A DNA stretch of 64,000 bases, taken from positions 48,794,001-48,858,000 of the forward strand of contig OZ336882.1 in the NCBI GenBank assembly GCA_965287045.1, written 5' to 3'. The stretch's first letter is position 1. Each line of letters begins with the position of its first letter. A program made the translations under genes and the position numbers. Below the pieces are notes generated by a model. The model saw only the letters and a program-made list of their open reading frames with translations, ran no database searches and had not been told where the DNA came from. Positions 24,346-38,446 of this stretch are shown here, piece by piece. This DNA is from Carcharhinus amblyrhynchos (Eukaryota).

Positions 24346-25375
24346 CTTAGTCTGTGCCATCCAAAATTGGATGTGCTGGGGAATGGGGAAGGAAATCACA
24401 GAATATGCCCACCATTTTTAAATTGCTTTGAGGTCCAGATGACTCCTCAAAAATCCAGACCCAATTCATCATATTAAATACGTGGCTCCTAGAACTGGAC
24501 ACCATAGTCAAGATTTCATTTATCAAGGGCTTTGTATAGCTGTAGCAAAACTTCTGCCCCTTTATATTGTCACCTACAAGGCAGTAAAGGCTAATGTTAC
24601 ATTAACTGTTTCAATCAATTTTTGTATTTAACCAGTACCCTTTAGTGATCGCTGTATGTCAATCCCTGAATCTTTCTCGATCTCCGCTGCTCCTAGCTGT
24701 TTGTGATTTCAAAACATATTCCGATTGATCCTTTTTTTGGTCCATTAATCCACAACCTCCTAGTTACCTGAATTGAAACACATCTCCCACAATCTCACCA
24801 TTGAGTAAATTTCACCATTTATTTAATCTATCAATGTAGCTCTATATTTTCATGCCCCTGTCCTCATTACTTACAATGCTGCCACCTATCAAGAAACTTT
24901 GATATATGGCACTCTGTTTTGTTGCCCATAAGTCATCAATAACTGTAGTGAATAGTTCATGCCCCTGTCAAGATGCTTGTGAAACATCATACATTACCTT
25001 CTTCCAATTAGAGTACATATCCATTATGCTTACCTTCTGTCTTCCAGCGAACTAAACAATCTGCTAACCGGGTCAATAATTTATCCTTAGTTTCAATGGC
25101 TTTAAACTTTAACTAACTGATATTTAGAATGTTCTGAAAGATCGGAGAAACTGCTTTTATGGACATCACCTTTCTGTTATTGGGTTATTTATTCAAAAAC
25201 TTTACTTACTATTGTTAGATAATAACATCTAATTCCAAATCCATGTTTATTTTATTTTCTCCGGCTTGCTTTGTCCTTAATTTCAATTAATTCCTGATAA
25301 CAAACATTAGATTGGCAAGTCTATGATATCCTGGTTTCCCTCTCTCTCTCACCTTTCCTGAATAGTGAAGATATA

Positions 25376-25500
25376 GGGTAGGGTTTTATGACCTCACTCA
25401 GGTGAGATTGGAAAATCCTGCTTGAAGCCAAGGGTGATTTCCATTCTGTGAGCTTCGCCTGGCCCGGAACTGGGGCGGGCAAGGCGGTAAAATTCCGGCC
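25376..25500. mobile_element. MITE, same family
   Basis: TIRs gggtagggttttat / gtaaaattccggcc; TSD ata. Confidence 0.7.
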
Positions 25501-25734
25501 ATAGTTGCAATTTTTGAATCTGTAGACACAATTCCTAAATTGAGAGCGCTAAAAAGGATTATGGTTAAAGAATCTGTAATTCCCTCAACTATTTCCTTTT
25601 TAAAAAACATGTGGTAGCTACCATGTCTTGGGATTTGCCAGTCCCTCTCCTCAATTTATTATTTGTTTCCCTGGATTAAGGATATTGGTTACTTCTTCCT
25701 CTATTGTGAAGACTCACACATAAAATAATTCAAT

Positions 25735-25875
25735 GTGTGGGATTTTCACATCCTCACCCACCCCCTTCCTGCCAAGAGAATCGTAGCAGGTGGGGGGGCC
25801 AGATCATACAGAGGTCTGTTAACCTCAGGCGGAATTTTCCGGTTTTGGAGCGAGCAAGACTGCAAAATCTCACCC
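25735..25875. mobile_element. MITE, same family (opposite orientation)
   Basis: TIRs gtgtgggattttca / gcaaaatctcaccc; TSD aat. Confidence 0.7.
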
Positions 25876-28182
25876 AATAAGTCTGCAATGTCCTTATTTC
25901 CATTTGCAACATACCCATATCATTTTAATGAGTTGACATTACCCTTGACTACCTTTTCATTTGATACCATTAGATATGTTAATCTTGATTCTCCTCAAAA
26001 ATTGCTTTTCATATTGCCTTTTTGCATATCTTTTCATCTTCCTTTGCAATTATGCATATCTCTTTCCCCTGGATCTACACTATTATTTTTATATTGTCTT
26101 TCCTTCAGTTTTATGCTATTTCTCAACTTAATTGATAAGTAAGACTCTTGCCCTTAGGTTTTATAGAATGCTATTAATGCTCATCAAAAGAATAGATTCT
26201 GTCAAGAATGGTTAATGTGGATTTAGAAGCGAGAGATCAAGCCTCATGAATTTATTGAACTTCTTGAGATTGCAGCTAAGTTAGGGGAGGAGTGAAATCC
26301 GTTCAATGCAATTAATTGGACTTTTTGGAGCTAACATAATTCCTTTAAAGAAAATCAAGACTGGTGGAATTCCAGCAAATTAGCTAACTGAAAGCTGTCT
26401 TTGTATTTAAAAGTAGATAGTGTTCATGAAGGGAAAAGTCTCTGCCTGAGGCCAATGACTACTGAAGTTCTGAAATGATAAGCCTGGATTTCCTATTTAC
26501 ATTGTTTCAAAAAGACATGTGAAGTGGGCTTAAGGTATGAAATCTACTGATGACTAATTATACTGTGAGGTGTCAACAGAAAGTGAGATTGGGCTCTGGG
26601 AAATTGGAAGATGGACAAAGAAAAGGATGATCATCTCTTTTTTTACTCTACAGCTGGAATTTGTGATATGAAAGTCAATTAACCCTTTAATTCCCCATTC
26701 TCATGTTCCAGAAAGATTCATAGTTATTCTTATTGGTGACAGTGAATACACTTTTTTCATATTAGTGAGATTTGACTTATGCTAATGTTTGAACAATAAT
26801 ATTAATGTACTGCAATATTACCTGAGGAAAAGCACACTCTTCACATAATCACTCCTCAGGGTTGCACCAGCCAATGTAGCATGTACACAAGTGGCTCCTC
26901 CCTTGCCGCCACCATCCCTCTGAGGGATAGTTCTGAACTTCCTTTAGCTGGATACCTCTTTTCTCATACTGTCCTACCTCTCCCTTCAGGGGGTCCCTTC
27001 CTACACTTTCTTTTTGCAGCTACATCTATAGAGACCAAGCCAACTCAATCATCATCTAGCAGTTATTTGAATGGCTGATATAAAATATGTCATGTACCCT
27101 TTGTGCACCCAGGCCAGACCAGGCCAGGCCTGGCCCTCAAGCACTTGGATTTCTCACACTTTGATCAGCCCTTAAACATTATGTGAATAGTTTCTGGCCA
27201 AATAGTGGCCTTGGTGCCCAGTTATTTTGTCTTGCTCTAACTTTGAGTATCTCTGAAATGTTTCATCGCCTTGTTCCCACATAGCAAGCTGAATGTTTTC
27301 TCACTCTACATGACTTCTGTTGAAGTGTTTTGCCTTTAACTTCTAACCATTTGAATTTTACACCTTCTAAGCTGATAAAATGTTCAGCTAGTAAAGACCT
27401 GAATCTCAGTTTTTCATCTTCTCATTTTGTCACGTTCAATCATCCTTACCCAGAACTCAGCCACAACTATGTAACAGCATAATAAATAACTGTAAATCCA
27501 AGTCACTGCATTTATGTTACTGTTTATTAATTAGTAAGGCAACTCAACATTGGATTTCCCAGGATTTACGCACTTTTCTCCTGAAACAAGCCACTGTTGC
27601 TAGATAGGCACAAATATCTTTTACAAACAAGTGACCAGCTTTAGTGAGAGTGATATGGTATCTGTGAGGGATATCACAGTCAAGCCCAAATTTGTCCTCA
27701 GCTGATTTGCACGCATATATCCACTTCACTGCAACTGAGGGATAGTAATTAGGAGGCAAACACTGTTGATTTCTTCCAATGCAATGCAGAGACCATGGGG
27801 ACATTTAAAGTCCCCTGAATACTAACTTCTCTGAGGTCTAACAACTCAGAATAGATTGGGGATTAAAATTTGCAGCTTCTTTACCTGCAGTGGCTCAACT
27901 AATCAGTTGAGATTAAACCCCATTGTGCTAAGCATTGTCATTAGTCTGAGCCAGACGTAACGTCCACTATTGTTGTGGCTGGCTGATCCAAACTACTTTC
28001 TGATAATACTTCTGCATGGATGTACTATAGCCTGTCAGCATGAGTGCCTCATCTGTAATGATTACAAGTATGACAGTGCTGCTGTGCAGTGCTTCAACTT
28101 TGCGATTGATTTGTTTGAAACCAATTATGAAATCGGTGAATGCATGTTTGCAAGTTATTTATATTTAATTTCCTCATGTCTT

Positions 28183-28476
28183 TCGGTGGCACAGTGGTTA
28201 GCACTGTTGCCTCACAACGCTAGGGACTCAAGTTTGACTACTAACTCGGGTAACTGTCTGTCCAAAGTCTGCACATTCTCCCTGTGTGGTTTTCCTCTGG
28301 GTGCTCCAGTTTTCTTCCGCAGTCTGAAAGATGAGCTGGTTAGGTGCATTGGCCATGCTAAATTCTTCCTCAGTGTGCCCGAACAGGTGCCGGAGTGTGG
28401 TGACTCAGAGATTTTCACAGTAACTTCATTGCAGTGTTAATATACGCCTACTTGAGACACTAATAACGAAACTTTA
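28183..28476 (+). mobile_element. V-SINE type B
   Basis: cggtggcacagtggttagcactg head, V-domain, type B tail. Confidence 0.9.
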
Positions 28477-29224
28477 ATACTTCCTTAGCAGACTTAAAGA
28501 TTTGAGCTAAATATTTGGTAACAGCCACAAAAATATTCATGAGCATTCCATTTGTAGATGCTCTGGGTAGACTGGGTGCTATTGAGGATTTTGCTCTAAG
28601 GGATACAGGAGTTGTCACATGCTCCATGGCAGACTGCAATACAGGTGATCATTCAGACAGACTCTATAGGTTATGTATTTCTTCATATCAAAACATGGGC
28701 CCCTGTTTTTGGTGGGCTGAATCGCAGAGGGGGCAGGGAATCGAGCAGGAGACCCAAACAGCTTTTACGTTGGTGGGATATCACTGCTCGATTGTCCCAG
28801 ACCCACTAATGATGTAACTTTCACATGCATATCAGACATTTACACTTGTTGCTCCCCCCCACATTTGACTGTTCATCCTTGGCAGTGTGCCCTCACACCG
28901 ACCTCAACCATGATGGGTTCGCCCTGATGCACACCTGGCAAACAGAACCCTGCAAAAGTGCCCAGGTAAGTACAGTCCCCCAGGAGGGCAGGATCTGGTC
29001 ACTGCCCTGACATAGCTAGCTGGCAGACCAAGGGTGCAGGCATTCCATGGGGGAAATGCCTGGATTTTTATGGTGTGTGTGTGTGGGGGGAGGCGTGGGG
29101 GGGGGGGGGGGTGGAATTCTGTGTCCGGGGGTTTCTGTATCGGAATGGGGGAAGGTTCTATTTCCAGGAGGGAGTGGGGCGGGGTGGGGGGGGGGGGCTG
29201 GTGGGGTTTGGGGGCAGGATTCTG

Positions 29225-29670
29225 TGTCAAGGTTCTTATATTCTAACTCTTTGCAATAAAGGCTAGCATACCATTTGCCATTCTAATTGCTTGCTATTAC
29301 TGCATGTTGACTATGTGTCATGTACAAGGATCACAAGTCCCTTTAAATACCAACATATATTTACATACAGCCATCTTTTAACAAATCAACTTTGTCATTC
29401 TTCCATCCAAAGTGGATAATCCCACACATCCCACATTATTCTCCATCTGCCATCGTTTTGCATAATCTCTTAGATGGTTTATGACCCTTTGCATCCTTTC
29501 ACAGCTGATATCTTACTTTCCCATCAAAACATGGATAGGCTACATTCAGTCCCTTCATCTAAATCATTGGTGTAGATACTAAATAGCTGGAGCTCAAATA
29601 CAGAACTTGTGGCACTCCATTAGCTATAGTCTGCATCTGCAAAATAATATATTTATTCATATTTTCTGGC
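29225..29670 (-). mobile_element. CR1 ORF2 remnant
   Basis: Minus strand includes gcaattagaatggcaaatggtatgctagcctttattgcaaag (AIxMANGMLAFIAK). Confidence 0.7.
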
Positions 29671-31754
29671 CCTGAATTTTGCCATGTCAATCCTTTCTCC
29701 CAAACCTGGCATTCCCCATCTTTGTGGGATTGGGATTTAGTGGGATTTTGGAATGCCTGGGGTGTGGAATCTGGAGTGCACAGATTAGAACAGGTAAAAT
29801 GAGGTGTGATTTGTTTGCATAGTCAGGATCCCTCTTTGGAGAGAGAATTTAATCCTTTGGGTAGGGTCCTGGGCCACATCTGGAACAGGAAAGATACCAT
29901 CTGCTTTTGTTATAAGTAGACATAATTATGCACATTTTATGCACAAACTCTCAGGAACTGTCAAGCTGTTAAAGAAGTGCCCAGCTGTCAAAACCTTTCC
30001 AGGAACTTTCATTGATATCAAAGCTGTCAAAAAGGTCCAGGAAGTGTCAAAGCAGCACAATAAGTTTCAAAGCTGTCAAGCAAGTGTCCAAGGATACTAT
30101 GTGAGTTGGCATGGAATAGGGTAAGGGCAATGGGTGATGGGTGGGGGAATGAGTTGATATGAATTGGTAGAAAGTTGGAATGAGGACTTAAGCCAAAGGA
30201 GGCAGCTACTTCGGGGAAAATGTGTTGGTAAAAGTTGTCATGGATGTACACAGATGTGTGGAGAGGTAAGGAGAGACGAACTGTGAAGGCTAGAGAGATG
30301 GTTTTATTTAATTTTTATTTTTTATTTATCTAAACAGTGCTGGATCACATGGGTAGGCCTTGTACCAAACATGCTGCATTCAGCAGCCAGGACAGTCATT
30401 CCAACTCTATTGACTCTATTTTAAGCTTACATCCTCCACTGCTGACTGTTGAACCCAACACAGGGATAAACATCTGGCGTATGTTTTCAGTCTGTTAATC
30501 AATTCCAATCCATACTAACATTAGCCACCATCACCCCAATGAGCTTTAACATGGTCCCTTCCTCAGCTGCCTACCTTGCATTGTTTGCTTCTGGTTAGAC
30601 ATAACTGCAACTAAGACGTGACCTGTGTTGAATTTCCAGTAGCCACCTAGCCTTGGACAGCCAACATTACTTGTATTTTACTGTGACTCAAGCTGTACAC
30701 TCTCCTTAATCTGGCTATTTAGATTCCCTGGTGTTTGGGTTATCTGAGGTGGTGTTTGACTGAGATAGTGTTTGTGATATGGGGTGTGAGCTTCCTTTAC
30801 GTTCCTCCAGTCTATTTCTCCTTTGCTGAGAAAAAAAGAAGAAAGCAAAATGTCAAAATGCTCCCTGGAACAACATCCTCAGAGGACTACTCGCTTTGTA
30901 TGATACTCTTCATGACATTAATCAGGTTGAATGCATGCTTCCATGATAGTCACTCAGTAGGACAGTTTCATGACAGGAATATTCTAATAGTATTAACCAT
31001 AGGGATGACAGTGACCTCACTCTCTTGAACTCACTCTTCTCCCCAGTAAACTCAAGGTGATCTTTTCAAAAGGGGTCAAGGACTTAAATTTCTTAGGGCT
31101 ACCATCTTATGCATCTGCTTCTACTGATTATATGCCATTTTGTCCTCCCAGCAGAACAATCATATTAAAGTATTGCAAGAATACAAAGCTGCATATTTTA
31201 AAGTGAAAACTATTGTTCCTGACAGGAGGGAGACAGGCAAACTGTATTTATTTCTTCTCACCAACTGTCTGTAAGCAGAAAATTGTTTGAATTATTTTCA
31301 AACAATGCTGTGGCATCTTTTTACACGTGCATACGCACACACACATGCGCAGTCCAGAGCGCAAGAAGTCCGAAGGTTGTGTCCTTTTCGGTGGAGTTCA
31401 GTCACCATGCGTTTCTACTTTGAGATTCCTTAAAATAAGTAATGTTGCATTGGGATGGGCTTCCTGACTTTTGACCACTTAGCCGGCATTGATCAGAACC
31501 CATAAAATCAAGTGGGCTTCATGGAGTTGAGAGATGGTAATCAGCTGCTTGTGGCATCCAGACTGTTGGCGGTCTGTCCACTTGATGTGAAAACAGCAGT
31601 CTGCCTGTGAAGCCAAGACTGTGATGTTAAAACTGCCCAAAGGCCAGAGTCTTTGATTATGTGATGTGGGCCATTAATGAGTTAATTGTAACTTAACAAT
31701 CAGTTTCTCTGCTTCTGGCCAGAATTCCATTATTTCCCTTCAGAGAGAGACCAA

Positions 31755-31879
31755 AGGTGGGATTTTATGGCCTCGCATGAGTGAGACCAGAAAATCCCAC
31801 CTGTGGACAATGGACATTTCCATTGTCCGCCCCTCATCAACTCTGATTCCATGGTGGATGGGGTGGTAGAATTCTGGCA
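31755..31879. mobile_element. MITE, same family
   Basis: ggtgggattttatggcc...gaaaatcccacc internal hairpin and gtagaattctggc end. Confidence 0.7.
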
Positions 31880-32274
31880 AAAGTGTTTGTATATATTTGT
31901 TCTGATACAATGAGTTTTGACCTCTTTCTTTTGCGATCATTTAGGTTAAAAAACACTTCTTCCACATTTCTTGATTACTGGGGGTCCATACAATAAGGTG
32001 TGCAATTACACAGGCTGAGAGAGGAATCAGTTTTTTCTTGAAACTCTTATTGGTAGCTTCCAGAACAAAGGGCTAATCCTGTAGTCATGTGACTTGTAGC
32101 AGCTATCTTTTTGTTTCAGTAGAAAATTGCAAAAGAAAACAATTTTAGTTTTAGATTTCTTTTCATGTCATACTGACCTAAAACTCTCATGTGAATTGAT
32201 CCATACCTTTTACTAATTGTATGCAATGGCTCAGTGTAACTCATCCATGCGGGGGTAAACCCAATTTGTTTTTT

Positions 32275-32548
32275 AAGTTAAAGTTTATATATTCATCACA
32301 AGTAAGGCTTACATTAACACTATAATGGAGTTACTGTGGAATTCCTCCAGTTGCCACACTTTGGTGCCTGTTCGAGTCAATGCACCTAACCAGCACATTT
32401 TTCAGACTATGGGAGAAAACTGGAGCACCCGGAGGACATGGGGAGAATGTGCAAACTCCACACAGACAACAACACAAGCTGGAAATTGAACCTGAGTCCC
32501 TGGCACTGCAAGGCAGCAATACTTCTACTGTGCCTCCATGCTGCCCAC
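32275..32548 (-). mobile_element. V-SINE type B
   Basis: Head, partly deleted V-domain and type B tail on minus. Confidence 0.85.
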
Positions 32549-33029
32549 TTCAGAGCCCTGGTTCCCTCACAAAAGGATCCCCATCTTGCCTTAAATATTT
32601 CACTCTTTTCTCTTACCTCCTGAAGAAGATTTGTAGCAACTGAGCTTTACACTTGTGTTGTATTTGACTGCCAGCCTGCAAAGTATAGTGATGTGGATAA
32701 CATTCTTCCCTACTTCATTGTAAAGTTTAAATGGATGTTTAGCATTATTAACAGGGGTGTTGGTTCTCATTACTGATCTTCATTGGATAACCTGCTGTAT
32801 TGGGATTACTGCAGGAAACTACAGAGCATTTGCTGCACAGAACCAGGCAATATGGCCTGATAGATGTATGTTGCTGGTTCTGCTTCTCACAGGCCTCCTT
32901 CAACCATGCAAACTATATATCCTTCTATTCTTTTCCCCCTCATGTTTACCATATAAACTTTCCTTAAGATGCAGCAATTTCCTTACAGATGATTGCTTCT
33001 TAGACCAGCAAAATCATACTTTGTAATCC

Positions 33030-33325
33030 ATTGAACCCTTTCAGTGCAGAAGGAGGCCTTTCAGTCCAACTGTACCGGATCTCCAAAAGATCATCTTCCT
33101 AGGCCCAAGGTCCCTCTCTCACCCTATCCCCATAACCCCATATATTTTACCATGGTTAATCCACCTAACCTACACATTTTGGTCACTAAGGAGCAATTTA
33201 GCATGGTTAATCCACCTAACCTGCACATTTTTGGGCTGCAGGAGGAAACCAGAATACCCCGAGGAAACACAGACACAAGGAGATCTTATAAACTCCACAT
33301 AGTCACCCAAGGCCAGAATTGAATC
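33030..33325 (-). mobile_element. HE1-like V-SINE, 5'-truncated, with internal duplication
   Basis: catggttaatccacctaacct(a/g)cacatttt occurs twice (33151, 33202). Confidence 0.8.
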
Positions 33326-33329
33326 ATGT

Positions 33330-33640
33330 ATTGGAAATAAATGTCACTAACTGGGCCAGCAGTTATATCCAATTGACAATTTCCTGTGAACTGAGTGTCT
33401 TGCTGGGACATTTCAGAGTCCATTTCAAGAGTTAACCAGATTATTGTGGACCTGAAGTCACATGTAAGCTAATGCATTTTTGCAACTATTACTTCCTGGT
33501 CACAATTAGACTTTTAATTCAAGATTTTTATTGAATTCAAAATTCTCCATCTGCTATGGTAAGATTCAAATCCAGGTTCCCCGAGAATTACTCTGGCTCT
33601 CTGGATTACTAGTCCTGTGACAATACCACTATGCCACCTT
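33330..33640 (-). mobile_element. Non-V tRNA-derived SINE (family of 16120-16398)
   Basis: Minus head ggtggcatagtggtattgtcacaggactagtaatccagag. Confidence 0.65.
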
Positions 33641-34488
33641 AGTAATTGTGTTACAGTAATGAGGTTTATGTGATAATATATTTCAGAACAATAGTTTTAA
33701 AGGTAGGGTGGTTTGATTATTGATGATAAAAGGAGGGATTAGATTATTTTATTGAGAAGAAGGTGAAAGGTATTCACACTTGAACGTTAACAAATTGCTG
33801 GGTTTGCAATGAGTAGACTGAGTCTCCCAGAGTCCAAGAAAGATTGTAGAGGAACCAGATTGTAAACAGTTGTACTATATGTGGTTTATTTACTTCTAAG
33901 ATGAAAGGGAGTTGGGATCAATGATCATTAAGTAGAATTTTCACCTGGCTGCAAGGGGCAATGTGTTCCATGTTGTTATGGGGAAGAGGACAGAGGAAGC
34001 CATTCTTAAGATCAGGTTACCAGCTCCCTGAGAATTCAGTGAGTATCACAAAGACAGGAGGGGGTCTGTGTGGTCAGCAGTGAGAAAAAAGGCTCCTTGA
34101 CATTACGAGCCATCACAACCAGATGCAGCAGGGAGATAGTCAGTAGCCAAGGAGATGCAGCGGCCACCTTCAATGTGTAGGAGATTTGTTCTGGTGTGAC
34201 CAGCGGCAAGAAAAATCTTCAGAGTAGGTTTTCCTGTTGGCGGTTAAAAACCCTCCGAAAACTGAAGAAAGCTCCTGGAGACATTGGATCAAAATTATGT
34301 TCTTATGTTCTTATTATGTTAAAATTACTTTTCATCAAAATATGGGAGCCCATTAGAAGTGTGAAAGACTCTGGACTGTTTGTAATTAGGATTGTGATTC
34401 TGTGACAAGTATGATGAGGATAAATTATAAAAGTGGAATGCTTCTCTCTATAGCTTTAAGTTTATGTTGTCTAGGGAATGGAGTCAAT

Positions 34489-34614
34489 GGGCAGGATTTT
34501 ACGGCCTTGTTGACCCGAGATGGGAAAATCCCGCTCGAGGTCAATGGAGCTTCCCATTTTTCGCCCCTCACCTGTTCTGATTTCCATGGTAGGTGGAGCG
34601 GTAGAATTCCTGTG
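34489..34614. mobile_element. MITE, same family
   Basis: TIRs gggcaggattttac / gtagaattcctgtg; TSD aat. Confidence 0.75.
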
Positions 34615-36695
34615 AATGTGTTTTTAGTCATTTATTTCAGTTCTATAGTATGAAATGTTGATGTGTCATTCTTGCAGCTATTAACTGAAAGTTTGAATCT
34701 ATTTTTAAATGTTATTGGTCTTCGTGTTGATTATAATGCTTATAATTTAACCAAGATTTTGTTAATCTTTGATTATTGCATTGACATTAATTTATTGGTT
34801 CTTGAGGAAGTTAATATATTGTTTTGGCTTCAGTTAATGTTCAGGTACTGCATTCCATCCAAACCTCATCATAAAATGGAAATGTATGTGGTGGGTACAA
34901 GGATGGGTCATGTGACTGAAACCTGTCCTGGACACTGATACACCTCCAACATCGTGTTATTTGCAAATGGAAGAGCTGGAAATCAGTTAGGCCAGCAGTT
35001 AGCGTGTTGTACCTTCCCAGAGACAATTTGCTTGTCCTAATAGTTTTTGTATCAATTATATAAATGTCGCTTCTGGATTTCCCAATTGTTTCCACCTAAT
35101 CACTTATCCTTCCCATAACATAGAGGCGTATTTGGGATTATTTTTTAATAGTATTAAGTTGGACCTCAGTACAAAAAACTGCCTTTTTCATAAACAAACT
35201 GGTGGTGCTCATTTCAAGCTTTCTCCAATGAAGTGTGAATGCTGATTAGCCATGGTGGTCTAGACTTAATAGTAGCCTTGGTGTGCTGAAGTTCTGATTT
35301 GGCAAAGAAGATTTCATTAAAAAGCTAGTTTATTCAAATCCACATTATGGGGGAAAGTTTCCTCTATGTGAAATAAAGTGATAAGATCATTTCTGAAACT
35401 TAGATACACCACTGGATCTTGGGTCTGGCTATATTTTATCCCTACACATTTTATCCCACACAAGCTTCCAGTACCTCAGATCCTTCAGTGCTCCATTGAT
35501 GCGACCCAGGAAAGTGGTAGGATGTCTTTTGCACACACCCCGATCCCTTTCTATAAAGATTCTGGAAAGTATGGTACTATTGTCTTGGCAGCTATTGTGG
35601 GTTAGTCGATGATGTGGTAAAATAGCCTAGAGTGTCTGCCTTGACACTGGCTCCCACCATCTTCTTTTATCATTAGATATACACTGGTTGATGCCTGACA
35701 TTAACTTGTGTGCATGGAATTTTGGCAGCAATTGGGGCTCAAAGCAACATTCATGGCAGGAGGGGAATCATAGTTGGGTCCAGACTCTGTAGTGTTTCCT
35801 CTGCAAAAAACAGCAAAGAAACTCTAGATCCCTGGCAGATTAGTTTAATTACTTGGATTTTGATTTTACACAGATTGCTTCTGACGCTTGTCTGTGTTAG
35901 TCATTGCCTGGAGTGACGGTGACCCATATGAGATTCGTCCTTTATCAAGTGAGGCCTCTGGGTATGTCAGTGTGAATGGAAAAATAATTAATGCAGTGCC
36001 GGATTTTTTTTAGATAGGAGGGCTAAGTCTGAGCCACCAGTTGTGTTTTCGTATTGCCCTTACCCAACTTACCCCCACTACTCCTGCCCTCAGAGAATGA
36101 ATGGTACTCAGTGAGAGACTTTGGCTGTGCCACTCGCTAGATTCTGGATCAGTAGTGTTCTACTGACAAGCCTGCTTACTGTACCATGAAGGCCTTGTTT
36201 ATGTGAACACTTCAGCCCTGGAGTGATATAATAGAATAATTTAGATAACTGGTATTAATTCTACTGTCATACTGCATTAAAGGATTTTAATTCTGCGCAA
36301 GTTCTCGTACATTTTGATAAAATAATTATTTATGTTGACCTACTGCCAACCTAGTTAGTAGGGCATTTTGGGTAAATGTTTCAGATAAATGTCAATCACT
36401 GCATTAAATCCAAGGCTTACATTTTTTTCAGTACTATAATCTATTATGTGCTTGTTTTATCTGAAATCTTAAATTTGTGATACTAACTAAAGCAGAATTG
36501 AAGTAATTAGCTTGATTCCCTCAAATTGTATCATGTAATTATACATTCCTTTGTGTGTTGTTAGGACTGAATTTTACAAGCCCCAAAATTCCCGGGTCGA
36601 GAGAGAACAGAAAAAATAATTCAACATTCCTGCGTGTTTGTCCTGGGTTTTTAACTCCCAGGAGGGGAGGGTTCTGGGAAAATCTTTTGCCCACT

Positions 36696-37592
36696 AATGG
36701 TATTTTAAAGGGTTGTTTTGAGAATGAGGTAACATGGCACCTTTAAAGGGGTGATCCTTTGAGGGACATATGGAGGGGCAGTGTGGGAAGCTAAGTCAAT
36801 CTGGAACAAGGGAACATGCGTTATCAGGAATGGGGAGGAATCTCAGTTCGAGTCAGGGAGGAGAAAAGAGTAGACTTGTGTATTAGCTCTGTCAGACTCT
36901 TGTCTTGAACAATTATGATGTGGAGATGCTGGCGTTGGACTGGGGTGGGCGCAGTAAGAAGTCACACAACACCAGGTTAAAATCCAACAGGTTTATTTGG
37001 AATCACGAGCTTTCAGAGTGCTGTTCCTTCATCAGGTTAGTGGACTTGTTGGACTTTAACCTGGTGTTGTGAGCCTTCTTATTGAATGTATATTGTATTA
37101 ATAATAAATTGTTCATATTGAAGCTGCAATGAGTCATCTTCACCTTTACTACAGAGAAGGCTCTTGAGATATTTTTGGAAATTTTCCAATGAAGACATTG
37201 AAAGGTCCTGAAGTAACTAAGGCCTGCTGATACTGACATGAGTTCTTCTGAGTCTTCCTCAAAAGGTCTAAACAAACATTGAATTACTTTATGCGGAGGC
37301 AAAATTCTTGCTTTTGGAGCTGAAGGCAGCAGACTTCTAATGGTTTTGCAGAGCCTGGCATGACCTTGAACCTATCAGTCATGGACTCCCCACTGTGCCC
37401 TTCAAGAGCATTTTGGGGCAATTATTCCTTCTGCGCCCTTCAACGGTATTTTAAAGGATTGTTTTGAGAGTGAGGTAACATGGCACCCTTTAAAGGGGTG
37501 ATCCTTTGAGGGCTACGTGATTGGGCTGGACTGTATGGAGGGGCAGCGTGGGAAGCTGAGTCAATCTGGAACAAGGGAACACATGTAATCAG
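36696..37592. repeat. Local direct repeat pair (36696-36827 and 37442-37592)
   Basis: ggtattttaaagg..gaggtaacatggcacc..aagtcaatctggaacaagggaaca occurs twice, with one indel of about 17 bp. Confidence 0.9.
36915..37082 (-). mobile_element. Penelope-like element (family of 4035-4315) with hammerhead motif
   Basis: Minus: aacCTGATGAaggaacagcactctGAAAgcTCgtg; short inverted arm. Confidence 0.8.
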
Positions 37593-38446
37593 TCAGTTCA
37601 CTTCAATCATTCAAATGACCCAATCCGCAATGTTTGAGGGAAATCTCCAGTTCAGGACTAGGTGAGAAGGGTGGGTAGTTCCTCTGCACTGCCAATGTGC
37701 TGGCAAGCTGGACCCTCAGGAATCTGGGAGGCATAAAAATTGAGCATTTTGACTTGATCTCAATCCACTGTAAATGATAACTTGTCCAGCACCTACCATC
37801 AGCTATAGTAAACATGGAAAATAGCCAAGAAATGGCTGTCATAATATTACAACAAATCAGCTTGCTTATAATCCTCATCGCAAACAAACCAACAAGAGCA
37901 AAAATAAAGTCTTAGTGCAGGAGCATAAACCAGCCTTGGAGTTCACATGCCCGGAAGTCACGTATAGCAGGTGCAGTAGATGAATTTATTTGGAGACCGA
38001 CAGACAGATGAAGAAATTTCTGTGAGTACAAACGGTGCTCAGAAATGACTTTTGGGTAATTTGTTATTTTGGAAATGACAGGTGGAGCCCTGTGGCTAAG
38101 AACACAAGACAAGACATTTTTCTTTAGTCTCTATTTTTAATCAAAGCAAAACTGTTTGGACATCTTCCTGTTGCTCTACCTGCAACAATCAATGTTATAC
38201 CAGTGCTGATACTATTACATTGAAAATAGCATCACATTTTGTCTTGTACCGCACAGGAATTTAAAGTGCTTACACTTCCCTTTTCCAATGAGGCCAGTGA
38301 TCTCATCGTACAAAGTGACTTACATGACCCCTTTTGGATGACTTGCATTGTTTCCTGATGTTTCTATAACCAACATAAGGTAAATGTAGGGGAAGAAGCC
38401 CAGTAGTACTCCCCAGCTAGTTAGATCCTATTGTCCTAAAATTCTG

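Larger units (their letters stand above)
22270..26100 (-). mobile_element. Long, old CR1 ORF2 remnant broken by insertions at 22705-24462, 25376-25500 and 25735-25875
   Basis: 3'-end motifs at 22270-22700 continue at 24465 (YGVQF region); EGITDSLTIILFSALNLGIVSTDSKIA in ORF 25398-25610. Confidence 0.6.

Noticed and set aside
29030-29266. Gly/Pro-rich overlapping ORFs (also 38762-39285)
   Set aside because: Produced by poly-G and G-rich tracts that lack stop codons.
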